This document shows, one piece after another, positions 1-10,911 of a stretch of DNA of 64,000 bases. Below the pieces are notes generated by a model. The model saw only the letters and a program-made list of their open reading frames with translations, did no database searches and was not told the origin of the DNA. Positions within the stretch are counted from its first letter, which is position 1, and each line of letters begins with the position of its first letter. The stretch comes from a bacterium (GTDB lineage: Bacteria; UBA8248): contig CBDBZY010000031.1 of NCBI GenBank assembly GCA_965213685.1, positions 96,001 to 160,000 of the forward strand, given 5' to 3'. Both the position numbers and the translations under genes were made by a program.

Positions 1-65
1 GTCATGGCGCCGAACCCGACAACCGTGACTTCCAGACCCGTGCGTCCGAGCGTTCTTCTCTCCAT
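1..65 (-). CDS. Aldo/keto reductase, N-terminus only (runs off the window edge)
   Basis: Reverse strand reads MERRTLGRTGLEVTVVGFGAM, a typical AKR N-terminus; GAG-containing RBS-like sequence upstream. Confidence 0.8.
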   Translation of the reverse strand, partial: MERRTLGRTGLEVTVVGFGAM

Positions 66-168
66 GTCTCATCTCCGGATATAAGTTTTCCCGCGTTTTC
101 CTGTGAGGCGGCTTGAATCGCTCCGTTTCCTCAAGGCTTTGGAGCCTCAAGCAGGGTGTCCATGGGGG

Positions 169-402
169 TCAGGAACCTTCCCCGACCCCGCGGAGCACAT
201 CCATCCAGAACCCCATACCTTGTGCGACCGCATACTTGAGAAGACCCAACACATATACGACGGGCTCTTTCCCGATCGTCCACTTGATGACCCAAGCCGC
301 CACGACCAAAAAGACCAAACAAAAAATACAGGATAAACAATCCGCCGCACACCCCATCCGCAGACTCTCGAGAAACCCCATCCGCTCCTTACCATCCTTC
401 AT
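169..402 (-). CDS. Small Cys-rich hypothetical membrane protein
   Basis: 77-aa ORF with hydrophobic segment CLSCIFCLVFLVVAAWVIKW; no recognised family. Confidence 0.4.
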   Translation of the reverse strand: MKDGKERMGFLESLRMGCAADCLSCIFCLVFLVVAAWVIKWTIGKEPVVYVLGLLKYAVAQGMGFWMDVLRGVGEGS

Positions 403-715
403 ACCCGCATACCCTTGAATGCGAATGCGCAACACCGGGCGCGGGCGAAAGATGGCCTCCCGAGAGTCGCTTTTGCGTCCAAGGCCACTACCCGCCAGAA
501 AAACGGCACAGAGCGCGTCGGCGGCACCTGGGGATGCCCGCGGAGGCGCTTCGGGAACCATCCGGAAAGCACAGCCCGGGCGGATGCGCGCGAAGATGGG
601 CGCATCATATCTTTCTTTCGCCTGCGTCCGCAATCCAACGCGCCCGTATACGAAAAGCCGCGCCCGGGCTATACTCCCCCCTCATCCGGCCACACCATCG
701 CCTGGAGGAAAATAC

Positions 716-2038
716 ATGGACGCTCTCAAGCAAAAAGCACTGGATTATCTCGACGCCCAGGCGGGCGAGGCGCGCGAAATCGCCCGGCAAATCTGGCGCT
801 TCGCGGAAATCGCCCTGGAGGAATTCCAGTCCTCGGAGTTGCTGGAGGACGTTCTGGAGCAAAACGGGTTCGAGGTGCAGCGCGGCGTGGGCGACCTCCC
901 CACCGCCTTCATCGCGAGATGGGGCGATTCGGGCCCCGCCGTGGGGATTCTCGGGGAATACGACGCGCTTCCCCACTGCGGAGACTCCCACGAAAAGCAG
1001 GGGCACGGCTGCGGGCACAACCTGTTCGGCACGGCGAGCGCCTACGCGGCGATTGCGGCGGCGCGCGCGCTGCGCGAGGCGGGCGCCGAGGGTCGGGTCG
1101 TCTGCTTCGGCTGCCCCGCGGAGGAGACCCTGGAGGGGAAGGTGTATATGGCGCGCGACGGCGCGTTCGACGGCGTCGACGCCGCCGTCACCTGGCATCC
1201 CGGGGAGAGGAACTTCACGCGGGGGGGCAGCACGAACGCCATGGATTCCATCGTCTTCGAGTTCCACGGCGAAACCGCCCACTCGGCCCGGGACCCGTGG
1301 AACGGCAGAAGCGCGCTCGACGGCGTGGAAATCATGAACTACGGCGTCAACATGATGCGCGAGCACGTCATCGAGCCGGCCAAGATTCACTACGTCATCA
1401 CCGACGGGGGGGTGGCGCCCAACGTGGTGCCCTCCTATGCGCGCGTCTGGTACTACGTGCGCGCCCCCAAGCGGGCGATGGTGGACGAGTTGACCGAGCG
1501 CGTCCGCAACTGCGCCAGGGCGGGCGCGCTGGCGTCCGGCACGAGAATGAAGGAAACCCTGCTCACCGCCGTCTACGAGAACCTCCCCAACGACGCCCTG
1601 GCCCGCTGCGTCCAGCGCAACCTGGAGTTCGTGGGCGCGCACGCGTATTCGGAGGAGGCGAAGGCGTTCGCCCGAAAACTCGGCTACGACGCGCCGCTCT
1701 CCGAGACGGTCTCCCCCCTCGACCCGGCGGACATCCGCCCGAGCAACGAGCGCGGCAACGTGAGCTGGCTCACCCCACTGGGCAACCTGATGACCGCCTG
1801 CCACGCACCGGGAACGCCCGGGCACTCCTGGCTCGCCACGCAGCAGTACGGCATGGAGATCGGGGAGAAGGGCATGATGACCGCCGCCAAGACGATGGCG
1901 GCCGCCGCACTCGAGCTCATCGGCGACGCGCGCCTGCTGCAGCAGGTGCGGGGCGAGTTTCGGGAGAAAACGGCGGGGTTTTCCTATGACCCCATCATCC
2001 CCGAGGGGCAGAAGCCGAATCCTTTGGGCATGCGGTAG
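716..2038 (+). CDS. M20 amidohydrolase, AbgB (p-aminobenzoyl-glutamate hydrolase subunit B)-like
   Basis: GEYDALP, GHGCGHNL, GCPAEE, PWNGRSALD and PNVVP motifs; GGAGG RBS before ATG 716. Confidence 0.88.
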   Translation: MDALKQKALDYLDAQAGEAREIARQIWRFAEIALEEFQSSELLEDVLEQNGFEVQRGVGDLPTAFIARWGDSGPAVGILGEYDALPHCGDSHEKQGHGCGHNLFGTASAYAAIAAARALREAGAEGRVVCFGCPAEETLEGKVYMARDGAFDGVDAAVTWHPGERNFTRGGSTNAMDSIVFEFHGETAHSARDPWNGRSALDGVEIMNYGVNMMREHVIEPAKIHYVITDGGVAPNVVPSYARVWYYVRAPKRAMVDELTERVRNCARAGALASGTRMKETLLTAVYENLPNDALARCVQRNLEFVGAHAYSEEAKAFARKLGYDAPLSETVSPLDPADIRPSNERGNVSWLTPLGNLMTACHAPGTPGHSWLATQQYGMEIGEKGMMTAAKTMAAAALELIGDARLLQQVRGEFREKTAGFSYDPIIPEGQKPNPLGMR

Positions 2039-2084
2039 CCGCCCGCCGCGAATCATTCGCCATCCCCAGCCAAGGGAGCACACC

Positions 2085-2924
2085 ATGAAATTCGGCGTTG
2101 CGATTTTCCCGACCGACTACTCCATCGCCCCGCACGAGGTCGCCCGAGAGGCGGAGGACAGGGGCTTCGAGTCCATCTTCTTTCCGGAGCACACCCACAT
2201 TCCGGCGAGCAGAAAGACCCCCTGGCCAGGGGGGGCCGAACTGCCGCTGGAATACTCCCACTCGCTCGACCTGTTCGTGGCACTCGGCGCGGCGGCGGCG
2301 GCGACGGAAAAAATCCTGCTGGGCACGGGGATATGCCTCGTCATCGAGCGCGACCCCATCACCCTGGCCAACGAGGTGGCCTCGCTCGATCACCTCTCGG
2401 GCGGCCGCGTGCTTTTCGGCGTGGGCGGCGGCTGGAACCGGGAGGAGATGGAAAACCACGGGACGAGATTCGAGGAGCGCTGGATTCTCCTGCGCGAGCG
2501 CATCGAGGCCATGAAGGCCATCTGGACGGAGGAGGAGGCGAGCTACCACGGGAGGTTCGTGGATTTCGAGCGCATCTGGTCGTGGCCCAAGCCGGCGCAG
2601 AAACCGCACCCGCCCGTGTTCGTGGGCGGCAACGGCGCCAGAACGCTCGAGCGCGTGGTTCGATACGGGGACGAGTGGATGCCGCTGCCCCGGGGGAGCA
2701 TGGACTGGACCGCCCGCATCGGGGAGTTGCAGGAGCTCGCCGCCCGGGCGGGGTGCGCGCCCATCCCCGTCACCATGTTCTTCGCACCCCCCGACGCGGC
2801 GCAGCTGCGCGAGCTCGAGAGCAGGGGGGTGGGGAGGAGCCTCTTCATCCTGCCGTCGGCACAGGCCGACGTCGTCCTGCCGAAACTCGACGCGCTCGCC
2901 CGCGTCGTGGCCGAATTCGGCTGA
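2085..2924 (+). CDS. LLM-class (probably F420-dependent) oxidoreductase
   Basis: FESIFFPEHTHIP, RDPITLANEVASLDHLSGGR, GWNREEMENHG and PKPAQKPHPP motifs. Confidence 0.88.
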   Translation: MKFGVAIFPTDYSIAPHEVAREAEDRGFESIFFPEHTHIPASRKTPWPGGAELPLEYSHSLDLFVALGAAAAATEKILLGTGICLVIERDPITLANEVASLDHLSGGRVLFGVGGGWNREEMENHGTRFEERWILLRERIEAMKAIWTEEEASYHGRFVDFERIWSWPKPAQKPHPPVFVGGNGARTLERVVRYGDEWMPLPRGSMDWTARIGELQELAARAGCAPIPVTMFFAPPDAAQLRELESRGVGRSLFILPSAQADVVLPKLDALARVVAEFG

Positions 2925-3079
2925 GGCGCGCGACCGGGGCAGGGAGGGAGGGGTTGAAGCATCCGGGGGGAAGCATGTAGGATTTTCCGCAACTTTTCAT
3001 AGCCGCAACTTATCGATAGCGGACAAGTGCGTTCCATGATTCCCGGCGCGTCCGGGAACGAACAGGGCTGGAAGGCGAA

Positions 3080-4522
3080 ATGCGCAACACGCTCCACTAC
3101 GGCGATTGCCTGAACGTCATGGCCGAAATGCCGGACGCCTTCGTTGACCTCATCTATCTCGACCCGCCGTTCAACAGCAAGAGCGATTACAACATCTTCT
3201 TCCCCAATCCCGAAATGAGCGGGGGGGGGGGGGGGGGTAGGGGGCACCTCGCCCAGATCATCGCCTTCCACGACACGTGGACATGGGATGGGCCGGCACG
3301 GGAGCGCGTGGATCGGATAAAACGCGCGGTCAAGCATCCGGCGCACGAGGCGATGACGGGGCTGGAAGTGACCCTCGGCAAGACTGGCGCGCTCGCCTAT
3401 CTCTCCTACATGGCGGAGCGGCTCGCCGAGATGAAGCGGCTGCTCAAACCCACCGGCTCCATATATCTGCACTGCGACCCCACCATGAGCCATTACCTCA
3501 AGATCGTGATGGACGGGATTTTCGGGCACAAGAATTTCCGGAACGAGATTGTGTGGTGCTATACGGGGCCAGGTTCTCCGGGGATGCGTCAATTCAATCG
3601 CAAGCATGACATCATTTTGTGGTATTCCATCGGTGAAAAATGGGTGTTCAACGCCAAGAGCGTACGCATTCCTCACAAGCGTTTGAACACCAATCGCAAG
3701 GGGGCGATGATCACCAAGCCATTGACGCCGCAGGAGCGAGAAGCGTATCTGAAAAAAGGGAAAATACCCGAAACGTGGTGGCCTGATTTTTCTCCGGTAG
3801 GCCGCCTCAAGCGCGAACGCCTTGGTTACCCGACACAAAAACCCCTCGCCCTTCTTGAGCGCATCGTCAAGGCGTCGAGCAATCCTGACGGCGTTGTCCT
3901 CGACCCGTTCTGCGGGTGCGGCACCACTATCGAGGCGGCACACAAACTGGGGCGGGCCTGGGTCGGCATCGACATATCGCCCTTCGCCATCGACCTGATT
4001 CAAAAACGCAGAATGAAAGGAATCCCGCTAGAGGTGCGCGGCATCCCGCAAGACATGCCCGGTGCGCGGAAACTCGCCCGGGACAAGCCTTTCGACTTCG
4101 AGAAGTGGGCTGTTTGCAGGATTCCGGGCCTGGCCCCCAACAAGAAGCAAGTGGGAGACGGCGGAATCGACGGGCGGGGCCTGCTATTGAGGCCGCCGGA
4201 CGATTGCGATTCCAGACTGGTGCTGGCGCAGACGAAAGGGGGGAAATTCCTTGCGAGCGGCTTGAGAGAGTTTCTCGGCGTCATGGAAAGAGACCGCGCG
4301 GCGATGGGCGTCTACATCACCCTGAATCCGGTGACGTCGCGGGATGCGCGCGCGGAGGCTCTCGCAAAAGGAAACGTCCGATACGGCGTCTCTCAATATC
4401 CGCGCGCCCAGCTGTGGTCGATCCATGATTATTTCAACGACACGCTTCCGAAGATGCCGCCGCTCGCCGACCCATACACGGGCATGGCGATGCAAGGGGA
4501 CTTGGAATTCCCGCGCGGCTAG
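3080..4522 (+). CDS. Amino-DNA methyltransferase (beta class, probably N6-adenine) with C-terminal Mrr-like/REase-fold domain
   Basis: IYLDPPF (motif IV), [23 protein letters not shown] (motif I); C-terminal DGGIDG...QTK. Confidence 0.9.
   Translation: MRNTLHYGDCLNVMAEMPDAFVDLIYLDPPFNSKSDYNIFFPNPEMSGGGGGGRGHLAQIIAFHDTWTWDGPARERVDRIKRAVKHPAHEAMTGLEVTLGKTGALAYLSYMAERLAEMKRLLKPTGSIYLHCDPTMSHYLKIVMDGIFGHKNFRNEIVWCYTGPGSPGMRQFNRKHDIILWYSIGEKWVFNAKSVRIPHKRLNTNRKGAMITKPLTPQEREAYLKKGKIPETWWPDFSPVGRLKRERLGYPTQKPLALLERIVKASSNPDGVVLDPFCGCGTTIEAAHKLGRAWVGIDISPFAIDLIQKRRMKGIPLEVRGIPQDMPGARKLARDKPFDFEKWAVCRIPGLAPNKKQVGDGGIDGRGLLLRPPDDCDSRLVLAQTKGGKFLASGLREFLGVMERDRAAMGVYITLNPVTSRDARAEALAKGNVRYGVSQYPRAQLWSIHDYFNDTLPKMPPLADPYTGMAMQGDLEFPRG
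3221..3237 (+). repeat. G17 homopolymer tract in the 5' part of the methyltransferase CDS
   Basis: 17 consecutive G immediately followed by TAG; in frame as assembled (SGGGGGGRG). Confidence 0.9.
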
Positions 4523-4985
4523 CGGCGGGCGACCCCCTGTTTTTCGTGATACTGCTGGTGGTAGTCCTCGGCCATCCAGAACGCCGACGCCGGCGCAATT
4601 TCCGTCACTATCGGCCGGCGATGGCGGCCCGACGCCTCCTGCTCCTCCCTCGAGGCGCGCGCCGCCGCCTCCTGTGCCGGCGAGAAGAAATAAATGGCGG
4701 AGCGATACTGGGTGCCGACGTCGGGCCCCTGGCGGTTCAGCGTGCAGGGGTCGTGAATCCGCCAGAACAAATCCAGCAGCGCGCGGTAGGCGACCCTCTC
4801 CGGATCGAACTCCACGTGGACGACCTCCGCGTGTCCCGTGCGGCCCGAGCACACCTCCGCGTAGGTGGGCGCCTCCTTCGACCCCGCCCGAATACCCCAC
4901 CGCCGTGCGCGCCACGCCCCTCCACCCTGCGAAACGCATCCTCCACCCCCCAGAAGCAACCCGCACCGAACATGGCCTTTTCCAT
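4519..4985 (-). CDS. msrA: Peptide-methionine (S)-S-oxide reductase, two frameshifts as assembled
   Basis: [38 protein letters not shown] and AEDYHQQY spread over three frames; extra G near 4918 and 4884. Confidence 0.92.
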
Positions 4986-5018
4986 GCGCACCTCCCTAGA
5001 TCGACAACAACCAGAGAA

Positions 5019-6130
5019 TTACGGCGTTATCTCCACGCTCCCCGGCGGGCCCTCCACCACCTCGCCGAAGACGCCGGCGGCGGAGACGCCGCGCCTCGCG
5101 CAGCGCGCCCAGAAGCGCCTCCGCCCTCTCCGCGCCCACCGCGATGACGAGGCCGCCCGAGGTTTGCGCGTCGTTGAGCAGTGCGAGCATCTCCGCGTCA
5201 ACGCCCCGCTCCGGCTCGACGAACGGCCGCGTCCACAGGCGGTTTGCGCTCCCCCCCCCGCCCGCGGTGCCGGCGACCCGCGTGGGGAAGCAGTCCCTCG
5301 AACCGGGGGCACGGCGGAGAAGACCACGCGCGCCCCGCGTCCCGCTCGCCCTCCATCACGTTGTGCAGATGCCCGAGGAGGCCGAAGCCGGTCACGTCCG
5401 TGCAGGCGTTCGCGCCCACGCGCACCATGCATTCGCTCGCCCGCCTGTTCAGTGCCTTCATCGAGGCGACCGCCTCCTCGAACACCCCGTCGGGGAGTTT
5501 CCCGCCGTTTCTCCCCAGGGACGCCGCGCGCGGCGCGCAACAGGGGGTTCGCCCGCCTCGACAGGTTGGTGACGACGCCCGTGCCGAGTTTCTTCGTCAA
5601 AATCAGCTTGTCGCCCGGCTGTGCCCCCCCGGTTCGTCACCATCCTGCGGGGGTCCACCGTTCCGGTGACGGCGATGCCGTATTTCGGCTCGGCGTCCTC
5701 CACGCTGTGCCCGCCCACTATCACGCCGCCCGCCTCGCGCATCTTGTCCGCCCCGCCGGCCAGAATCCTGCCGAGGACGTCGAGCCCCAGGCGGCAGGGG
5801 AAGCCCACCAGGTTCAACCCGGTGAGGGGCTTCGCGCCCATGGTGAAGCAGTCGCTGAGCGCGTTGGCGGCGGCTATCTGGCCATAGTCGTACGGATCGT
5901 CCACGATGGGCGTGAAGAAATCCACCGTCTGCACGATGGCCAAATCCTCCCGGAGCCGATAGACGCCCGTATCGTCCCCCGGGGTTCGCGCCATACAGCA
6001 GGTCGGGGTCGGAAAACGGCTCCAGGCGGCCCAGCGCCTCTCTCAGGTCCTCCGGACCCAGCTTCGAGCCTCACCCCCCCGCCTTGACCATCCGGGTGAG
6101 CTGTATTTTTCTCTCCGACGCCGTGGCCAT
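5019..6130 (-). CDS. selD: Selenide, water dikinase (selenophosphate synthetase), Sec-containing form, several frameshifts as assembled
   Basis: LTRMVKAGG-TGA(6073-6071)-GSKLGP matches the GCGCK/GUGAK site; DDTGVY, QTVDFFTPIVDDPYDYGQIAAANALSD, TDVTGFGLLGHL and DAQTSGGL motifs. Confidence 0.93.
6043..6060 (-). promoter_or_regulatory. Putative bacterial SECIS hairpin of selD
   Basis: Minus strand TGGGTCC-GGA-GGACCTG stem-loop; loop starts about 17 nt after the in-frame TGA. Confidence 0.6.
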
Positions 6131-6271
6131 TCTCATCTCCGCAGGTACGGTGCGCGGCTTGGGGAAATCCCCCGCAGGGGGGATAATAGTCCATGTCCGA
6201 AGGATAGCAAACACCGCGCCTCCTTGCTCTCCTTCCCGCCAAAAACGCCCGTGACGCGAGGTCTCTCTCCC

Positions 6272-7241
6272 ATGAAAGTCGTCATTTCGGATGATTACCA
6301 AGACTGCGTCCGGCACCTGGAATGCTTCTCCAGGATGGCGGGACACGACGTCACCATCCACAACGACACGGTGGACGGCGCGGAGGCGCTCGCGGCGCGG
6401 TTTCAGGACGCGGAGGCCATCGTGCTCATCAGGGAGCGCACCCACATCACGGACGGGCTGCTGGACAGGCTCCCCCGCCTCCGGCTGGTGAGCCAAACCG
6501 GCGCGGGCTTCGCCGCGCACGTCGACCTCGACGCCTGCACCCGCCACGGGGTGGCGGTGGCCGCGGGAGGGAGCGGCACGCACTCCACCTGCGAGCTCAC
6601 ATGGGGCCTCATCCACTGCGCCACCCGCGCCCTGCCCCGGGAGATAGGGAACCTGGCCGGCGGCGGCTGGCAAACCACGCTGGGGGGAGGACTTGCGCGG
6701 AAAAACGCTCGGCGTATACGCCTACGGGAGCATCGGCCGCCAGGTGGCCGCCGTGGGAAAGGCCTTCGGCATGAACGTCATCGCCCACGGGCGGGCGGGC
6801 TCCGCGGAGCGCGCCCGGGCGGACGGCGTCCGGATGGCGGCGGACAAGGGGGCGCTGTTCGCCGAATCCGACATCGTCAGCCTCCACATCCGCCTCACTC
6901 CGCAGACGCGGGGGGTCGTGACGGCGAAGGAGCTGGCGCGCATGAAGCCGGACGCCCTGCTGGTGAACACCAGCCGCGCCGGTCTGATAGAGGAGGGCGC
7001 ACTCGAGGCGGGGCTGCGGGCGGGGAGGCCCGGCTTCGCCGCGGTGGACGTATTCGAGACGGAGCCCGTCCGGGCCGCCGCGCATCCGCTCCTGCGCATG
7101 GAGAACGCGATTTGCACGCCGCACCTGGGCTACGTCACGCGGGGCACGTTCGAGAGATATTTCGGCATCGCCTTCGACCAGATCAACGCCTTCGCCGAGG
7201 GGCGGCCCATCAACATTCACAATCCCGAGGTTCTGGGTTGA
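6272..7241 (+). CDS. D-2-hydroxyacid dehydrogenase family protein, frameshift near 6683-6690
   Basis: LIRERT, GKTLGVYAYGSIG, LVNTSRAGL, AVDVFETEP and TPHLGY motifs. Confidence 0.88.
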
Positions 7242-7348
7242 TCCGCCGCGGGGCGGCTCCCCGCCGCTCAGCTTGATCTTTCCCGCGATCCGGTGTGGAA
7301 TCCGCCCCCGGAGCCGGGAAGAAACTCCCTTCACGCTGGAGGTGCCGC

Positions 7349-8492
7349 TTGGACTTTGCCTTCGACGAGCGCCAGGAGCTCATGCGCCGCACGCTTCACG
7401 AGCTTCTCGGGCGCGTTTGCCCGCCCGAATACGCGATGGACTGCGACAAGAGGGGCGAGGCGCCCGTGGACGCCTACAAAGCCCTGGCCGACGACGGGTG
7501 GATAGGCGTATCCGCACCCGAGGAATACGGCGGGATGGGGGGCGACGCCCTCGACCTCGCCCTCGTCCTGGAAACGGCGGGCGCCCACTATCTCGACCTC
7601 GCCACCATGATCTTCCGAAACGTCTGCTACGGCGTGGACGCCCTCCTGCTCAGCGGAACGGAGGCGCAGAAAAGAAGGTTCATCCCCTCCACCATCCGGG
7701 GGGGAGACGTACTTCGCGTTCAGCCTCACCGAACCCGACGCCGGCTCGGACGCCGCTGCCATCATCGCCCGCGCGGTGCGGGAGGAGGACCGCTTCCGGC
7801 TCACGGGCACGAAGAACTTCACCTCCGGAATGCCGACGGCGACGCACATCCTCGTCGCCGCGCGCACCGACAACTCGGGCGAGAAGCACGAGGGCATCAC
7901 CAACTTCATCCTCCCCGCCGCCGCGGAGGGCGTCTCCTGGTCGAAACTCGAACTCCTCGGTCACCGGGCGATGGGCACCTGCGTGGTGCACTACGACGCC
8001 GTGGAGGCGGGCGCGGCCGACGTACTGGGAGCGGTGGGAGACGGCTGGAGGGGACTCATGGCATACATCACCACGGAGCGTCTGTGCCTGTCCGCGGCGC
8101 GCACGGGAGCGGCGGCGGCGGCGCTGGCGCTGGCGCTGGACCACGCGAAGGAGAGAAAGCAGTTCGGCCGCGCCATCGGCAAGTTTCAGGCCGTCAGCCA
8201 CATGCTCACCGAGATGCACGTGCTCGTCGACACGGCGCGGCTCCAGGTCTACCGCTTCGCCTGGCTCGTCTCCCAAGGGAAAGCGGGGCGCGTCGAGGCG
8301 GCGACGCTCAAGCTCTACGCAGGCGAGGCCTACAAGCGGGTGGCCGACCTGGGGGTTCAGGTGATGGGCGGATACGGCTACAGCGGCGAGTACGCCATGG
8401 AGCGCCACTACCGGGACGCGCGGCTGGCCACCATCGGCGCCGGCACGAGCGAGGTGCAAAGAAACATCATCGCCAAGGGGCTGGGGCTGTGA
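7349..8492 (+). CDS. Acyl-CoA dehydrogenase, frameshift in the G run near 7698-7705
   Basis: PEEYGGMG, FSLTEPDAGSDA, RKQFGRAIGKFQAVSH, GGYGYSGEY and TIGAGTSEVQR motifs. Confidence 0.9.
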
Positions 8493-8601
8493 CCTCCCTC
8501 CGGGGGTTGATGATTTCGCCAAAAAGCCCGAAACTGGCGCCATCGCCCGAAGACGGAAGAAGAAGACGGGAAAAACAGATGCGCAGGAGGACGACGCAGT
8601 C

Positions 8602-9069
8602 ATGCCGTTAGACGCAAGCGTGCTGGAGCGAACGTTTCCCGAGTTTGCCTTCGAGGTCGAGCGCGGGAAGATTCGCGAATACGCCCGCGCCCTGGGACTG
8701 ACCGACCCGGTGCACACCGACCCGGAGGCCGCCCGGGCGATGGGCTTTGACGACCTCCTCGCACCGCCCACGTTCGTGCGCCAGTTCTGGCACGAGAATC
8801 CCGAGAACGACCCCATGCCGCATCTGGGCTACGACCCGAGGCGCCGCCTCCACGGGGAGCAGGAATTTGAATACCACAAGCCGCTCGTCGCCGGCATGCG
8901 CCTCAAGGGACGCAACGCCATCGTCTCCACCCGCGAGAAACAGGGCCGACGGGGGGGAATGATGACCTTCGTCGTCATCGAAACCAGGCTGGTCGACGAG
9001 CAGGGCGAATTGGTTCAAGTGGCGCGGCGCACCCTCATCGAAACGGCGGCCCCTCCCAAAGAGGGCTGA
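8602..9069 (+). CDS. MaoC-like dehydratase, N-terminal-type (hot-dog fold) subunit
   Basis: VERGKIREYARALG, APPTF and LHGEQEFEY motifs. Confidence 0.85.
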   Translation: MPLDASVLERTFPEFAFEVERGKIREYARALGLTDPVHTDPEAARAMGFDDLLAPPTFVRQFWHENPENDPMPHLGYDPRRRLHGEQEFEYHKPLVAGMRLKGRNAIVSTREKQGRRGGMMTFVVIETRLVDEQGELVQVARRTLIETAAPPKEG

Positions 9070-9081
9070 CGGAGCTGACCG

Positions 9082-9513
9082 ATGGCGAAAACCATGACAT
9101 ACGCGAAATGGGAGCAACTCGCCGAGGGCGCCGAGCGCGCGCTCAGGGCGGGCCCCATCACCCGGACGGACCTCGTCCGCTACGCGGGCGCCAGCGGGGA
9201 TTTCAACCCGAACCACCACGACGAGATATACGCCATCCGGGCGGGGTTCGATAAACCCTTCGCCCACGGGATGCTCCAGGGCGGATACCTCGCCCGCCTG
9301 CTCGGCGAATGGCTTGGTCCCGACTCCTTGCGGAAGTTCAGGCTGCGCTTCAGCGCGCAGGCTTGGCCGGGAGACACGGTGATATGCCGCGCCCGCGTCG
9401 TGCGCCGATACGAGGAGGCGGGGAATCGCCTGGTGGACGTCGAGGCGAACGCCGAGAACCAGCGCGGCGACGCCCTCATCCAGGCCACGGCAACCGCCGC
9501 TCCGCAAGGCTAG
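9082..9513 (+). CDS. MaoC family dehydratase
   Basis: YAGASGDFNPNHHD...AHGM hydratase motif. Confidence 0.88.
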   Translation: MAKTMTYAKWEQLAEGAERALRAGPITRTDLVRYAGASGDFNPNHHDEIYAIRAGFDKPFAHGMLQGGYLARLLGEWLGPDSLRKFRLRFSAQAWPGDTVICRARVVRRYEEAGNRLVDVEANAENQRGDALIQATATAAPQG

Positions 9514-9532
9514 CGCTTCAGGATTCGCCGAC

Positions 9533-10747
9533 ATGCTGGAAGGCTACCGCATTCTCGACCTCGGACAAGTCATCGCCGGAACCATCGGCGGCATGATCAT
9601 GGCCGACATGGGCGCCGAGGTCATCAAGGTCGAATCCCCCCACGGCGACATCGGGCGCAACCCCGCCATCGCCGGCATCGGACCCGTCTCGAGCATCTTC
9701 CTCACGTTCAACCGGGGGAAGAGGAGCATCGTCATCGACCTCAAGAAGCCGGAGGGCAAGGAGATATTCCTGTCCCTGGTGGAAAAGTCGGACGCCGTGA
9801 TGGTGAACTTCCGGCCCGGCACGATGCGGAGGCTGGGGCTGGGGTTCGACGCGATGAGGGCGAGAAACCCCGAGGTCGTGTTCGTGGACTCCAGCGGATA
9901 CGGAGAGGAGGGCCCCTGGCGCGACAAGCCCGCCTTCGACCTCGTCGAGCAGGCCGTGAGCGGCCACATGTCCATCACGGGCGAGCCGAACCGCCCGCCC
10001 GCCAGAAACGGCTCTCCCACGGCGGACATCTCCACCGCCCTCTACACCGCCATCGCCTGCATGGCGGGCCTGCTCGGCAAGGCGAAAGGGAGGGGCGGGG
10101 CGCACCTCGAGGTGCCCATGTTCGACGTCCAGCTCGCCATGCTCGGCTACATCTCCACCATGTTTCTCAACAACGGCGACGTGCCCGAACCGCCCGGGAG
10201 TGCCCATGAGTACATGGTTCCCTACCAGGCGTTCCCCACGGCCACGATATACATCGTGATCTCCCCGCGCGAGGAGCGCTTCTGGAAGAAGATGTGCGAG
10301 GTCATGGGAATGGACGATCTGGCGGACGACCCGCGCTTCCGGACGAACGACCTGCGCTCTGCGAACAGGGACGTCCTCCTCCCCGTCATGGAGGAAATCC
10401 TGATGACGCGCCCGGGCGAGGAGTGGCTCGCGCTCTTCGAGGCGGCGGGCGTCCCGTCCGCCCCGGTGAATCCGCTCGACCGCGCACTCGACAACGAACA
10501 GGTCAAGGCGAGGCGCCTGATCCGCGAATACGACTATCCGGAGGTCGGCAGCGTCAAGGTCGTGGGCAACCCCATCCTGAACAGATCGGACGACGGAAAC
10601 CCGGACCCCGCCCCCGCCCCCCTCCTCGGGGGCGACACCGAGCGCATCCTCCGCGAGGTTCTCCTCTATCCGGAGGAGCGCATCCGGTCGCTCATCGCCT
10701 CCCGGGTCGTCGGCGCAGCCGCCGGACGCGGAGCGTCCGAGGGATAA
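9533..10747 (+). CDS. CaiB/BaiF family (class III) CoA-transferase
   Basis: LEGYRILDL, ADMGAEVIKVESP, NRGKRSIVIDLK and NFRPG motifs. Confidence 0.9.
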   Translation: MLEGYRILDLGQVIAGTIGGMIMADMGAEVIKVESPHGDIGRNPAIAGIGPVSSIFLTFNRGKRSIVIDLKKPEGKEIFLSLVEKSDAVMVNFRPGTMRRLGLGFDAMRARNPEVVFVDSSGYGEEGPWRDKPAFDLVEQAVSGHMSITGEPNRPPARNGSPTADISTALYTAIACMAGLLGKAKGRGGAHLEVPMFDVQLAMLGYISTMFLNNGDVPEPPGSAHEYMVPYQAFPTATIYIVISPREERFWKKMCEVMGMDDLADDPRFRTNDLRSANRDVLLPVMEEILMTRPGEEWLALFEAAGVPSAPVNPLDRALDNEQVKARRLIREYDYPEVGSVKVVGNPILNRSDDGNPDPAPAPLLGGDTERILREVLLYPEERIRSLIASRVVGAAAGRGASEG

Positions 10748-10911
10748 GCCGCGCGCACGGCGTGCGCGCCTCTCTCTCTCCATGGCGCATCGCCTCCGCG
10801 CCAGGCGCCACCACCTCCTCCCCCCCCTTCCAGAAAACGATAACGGGACGCGCGCGCGGCCGCCTTCTTCTTCTCTCCCTTCGGTGCGCCGTTTTTTTTT
10901 GCGGGACGGGC

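Noticed and set aside
4519-4985. MsrA as a selenoprotein
   Set aside because: The catalytic codon in GCFWG is TGC (Cys); the split is due to frameshifts. TlpA (WCPMC) is likewise Cys-only
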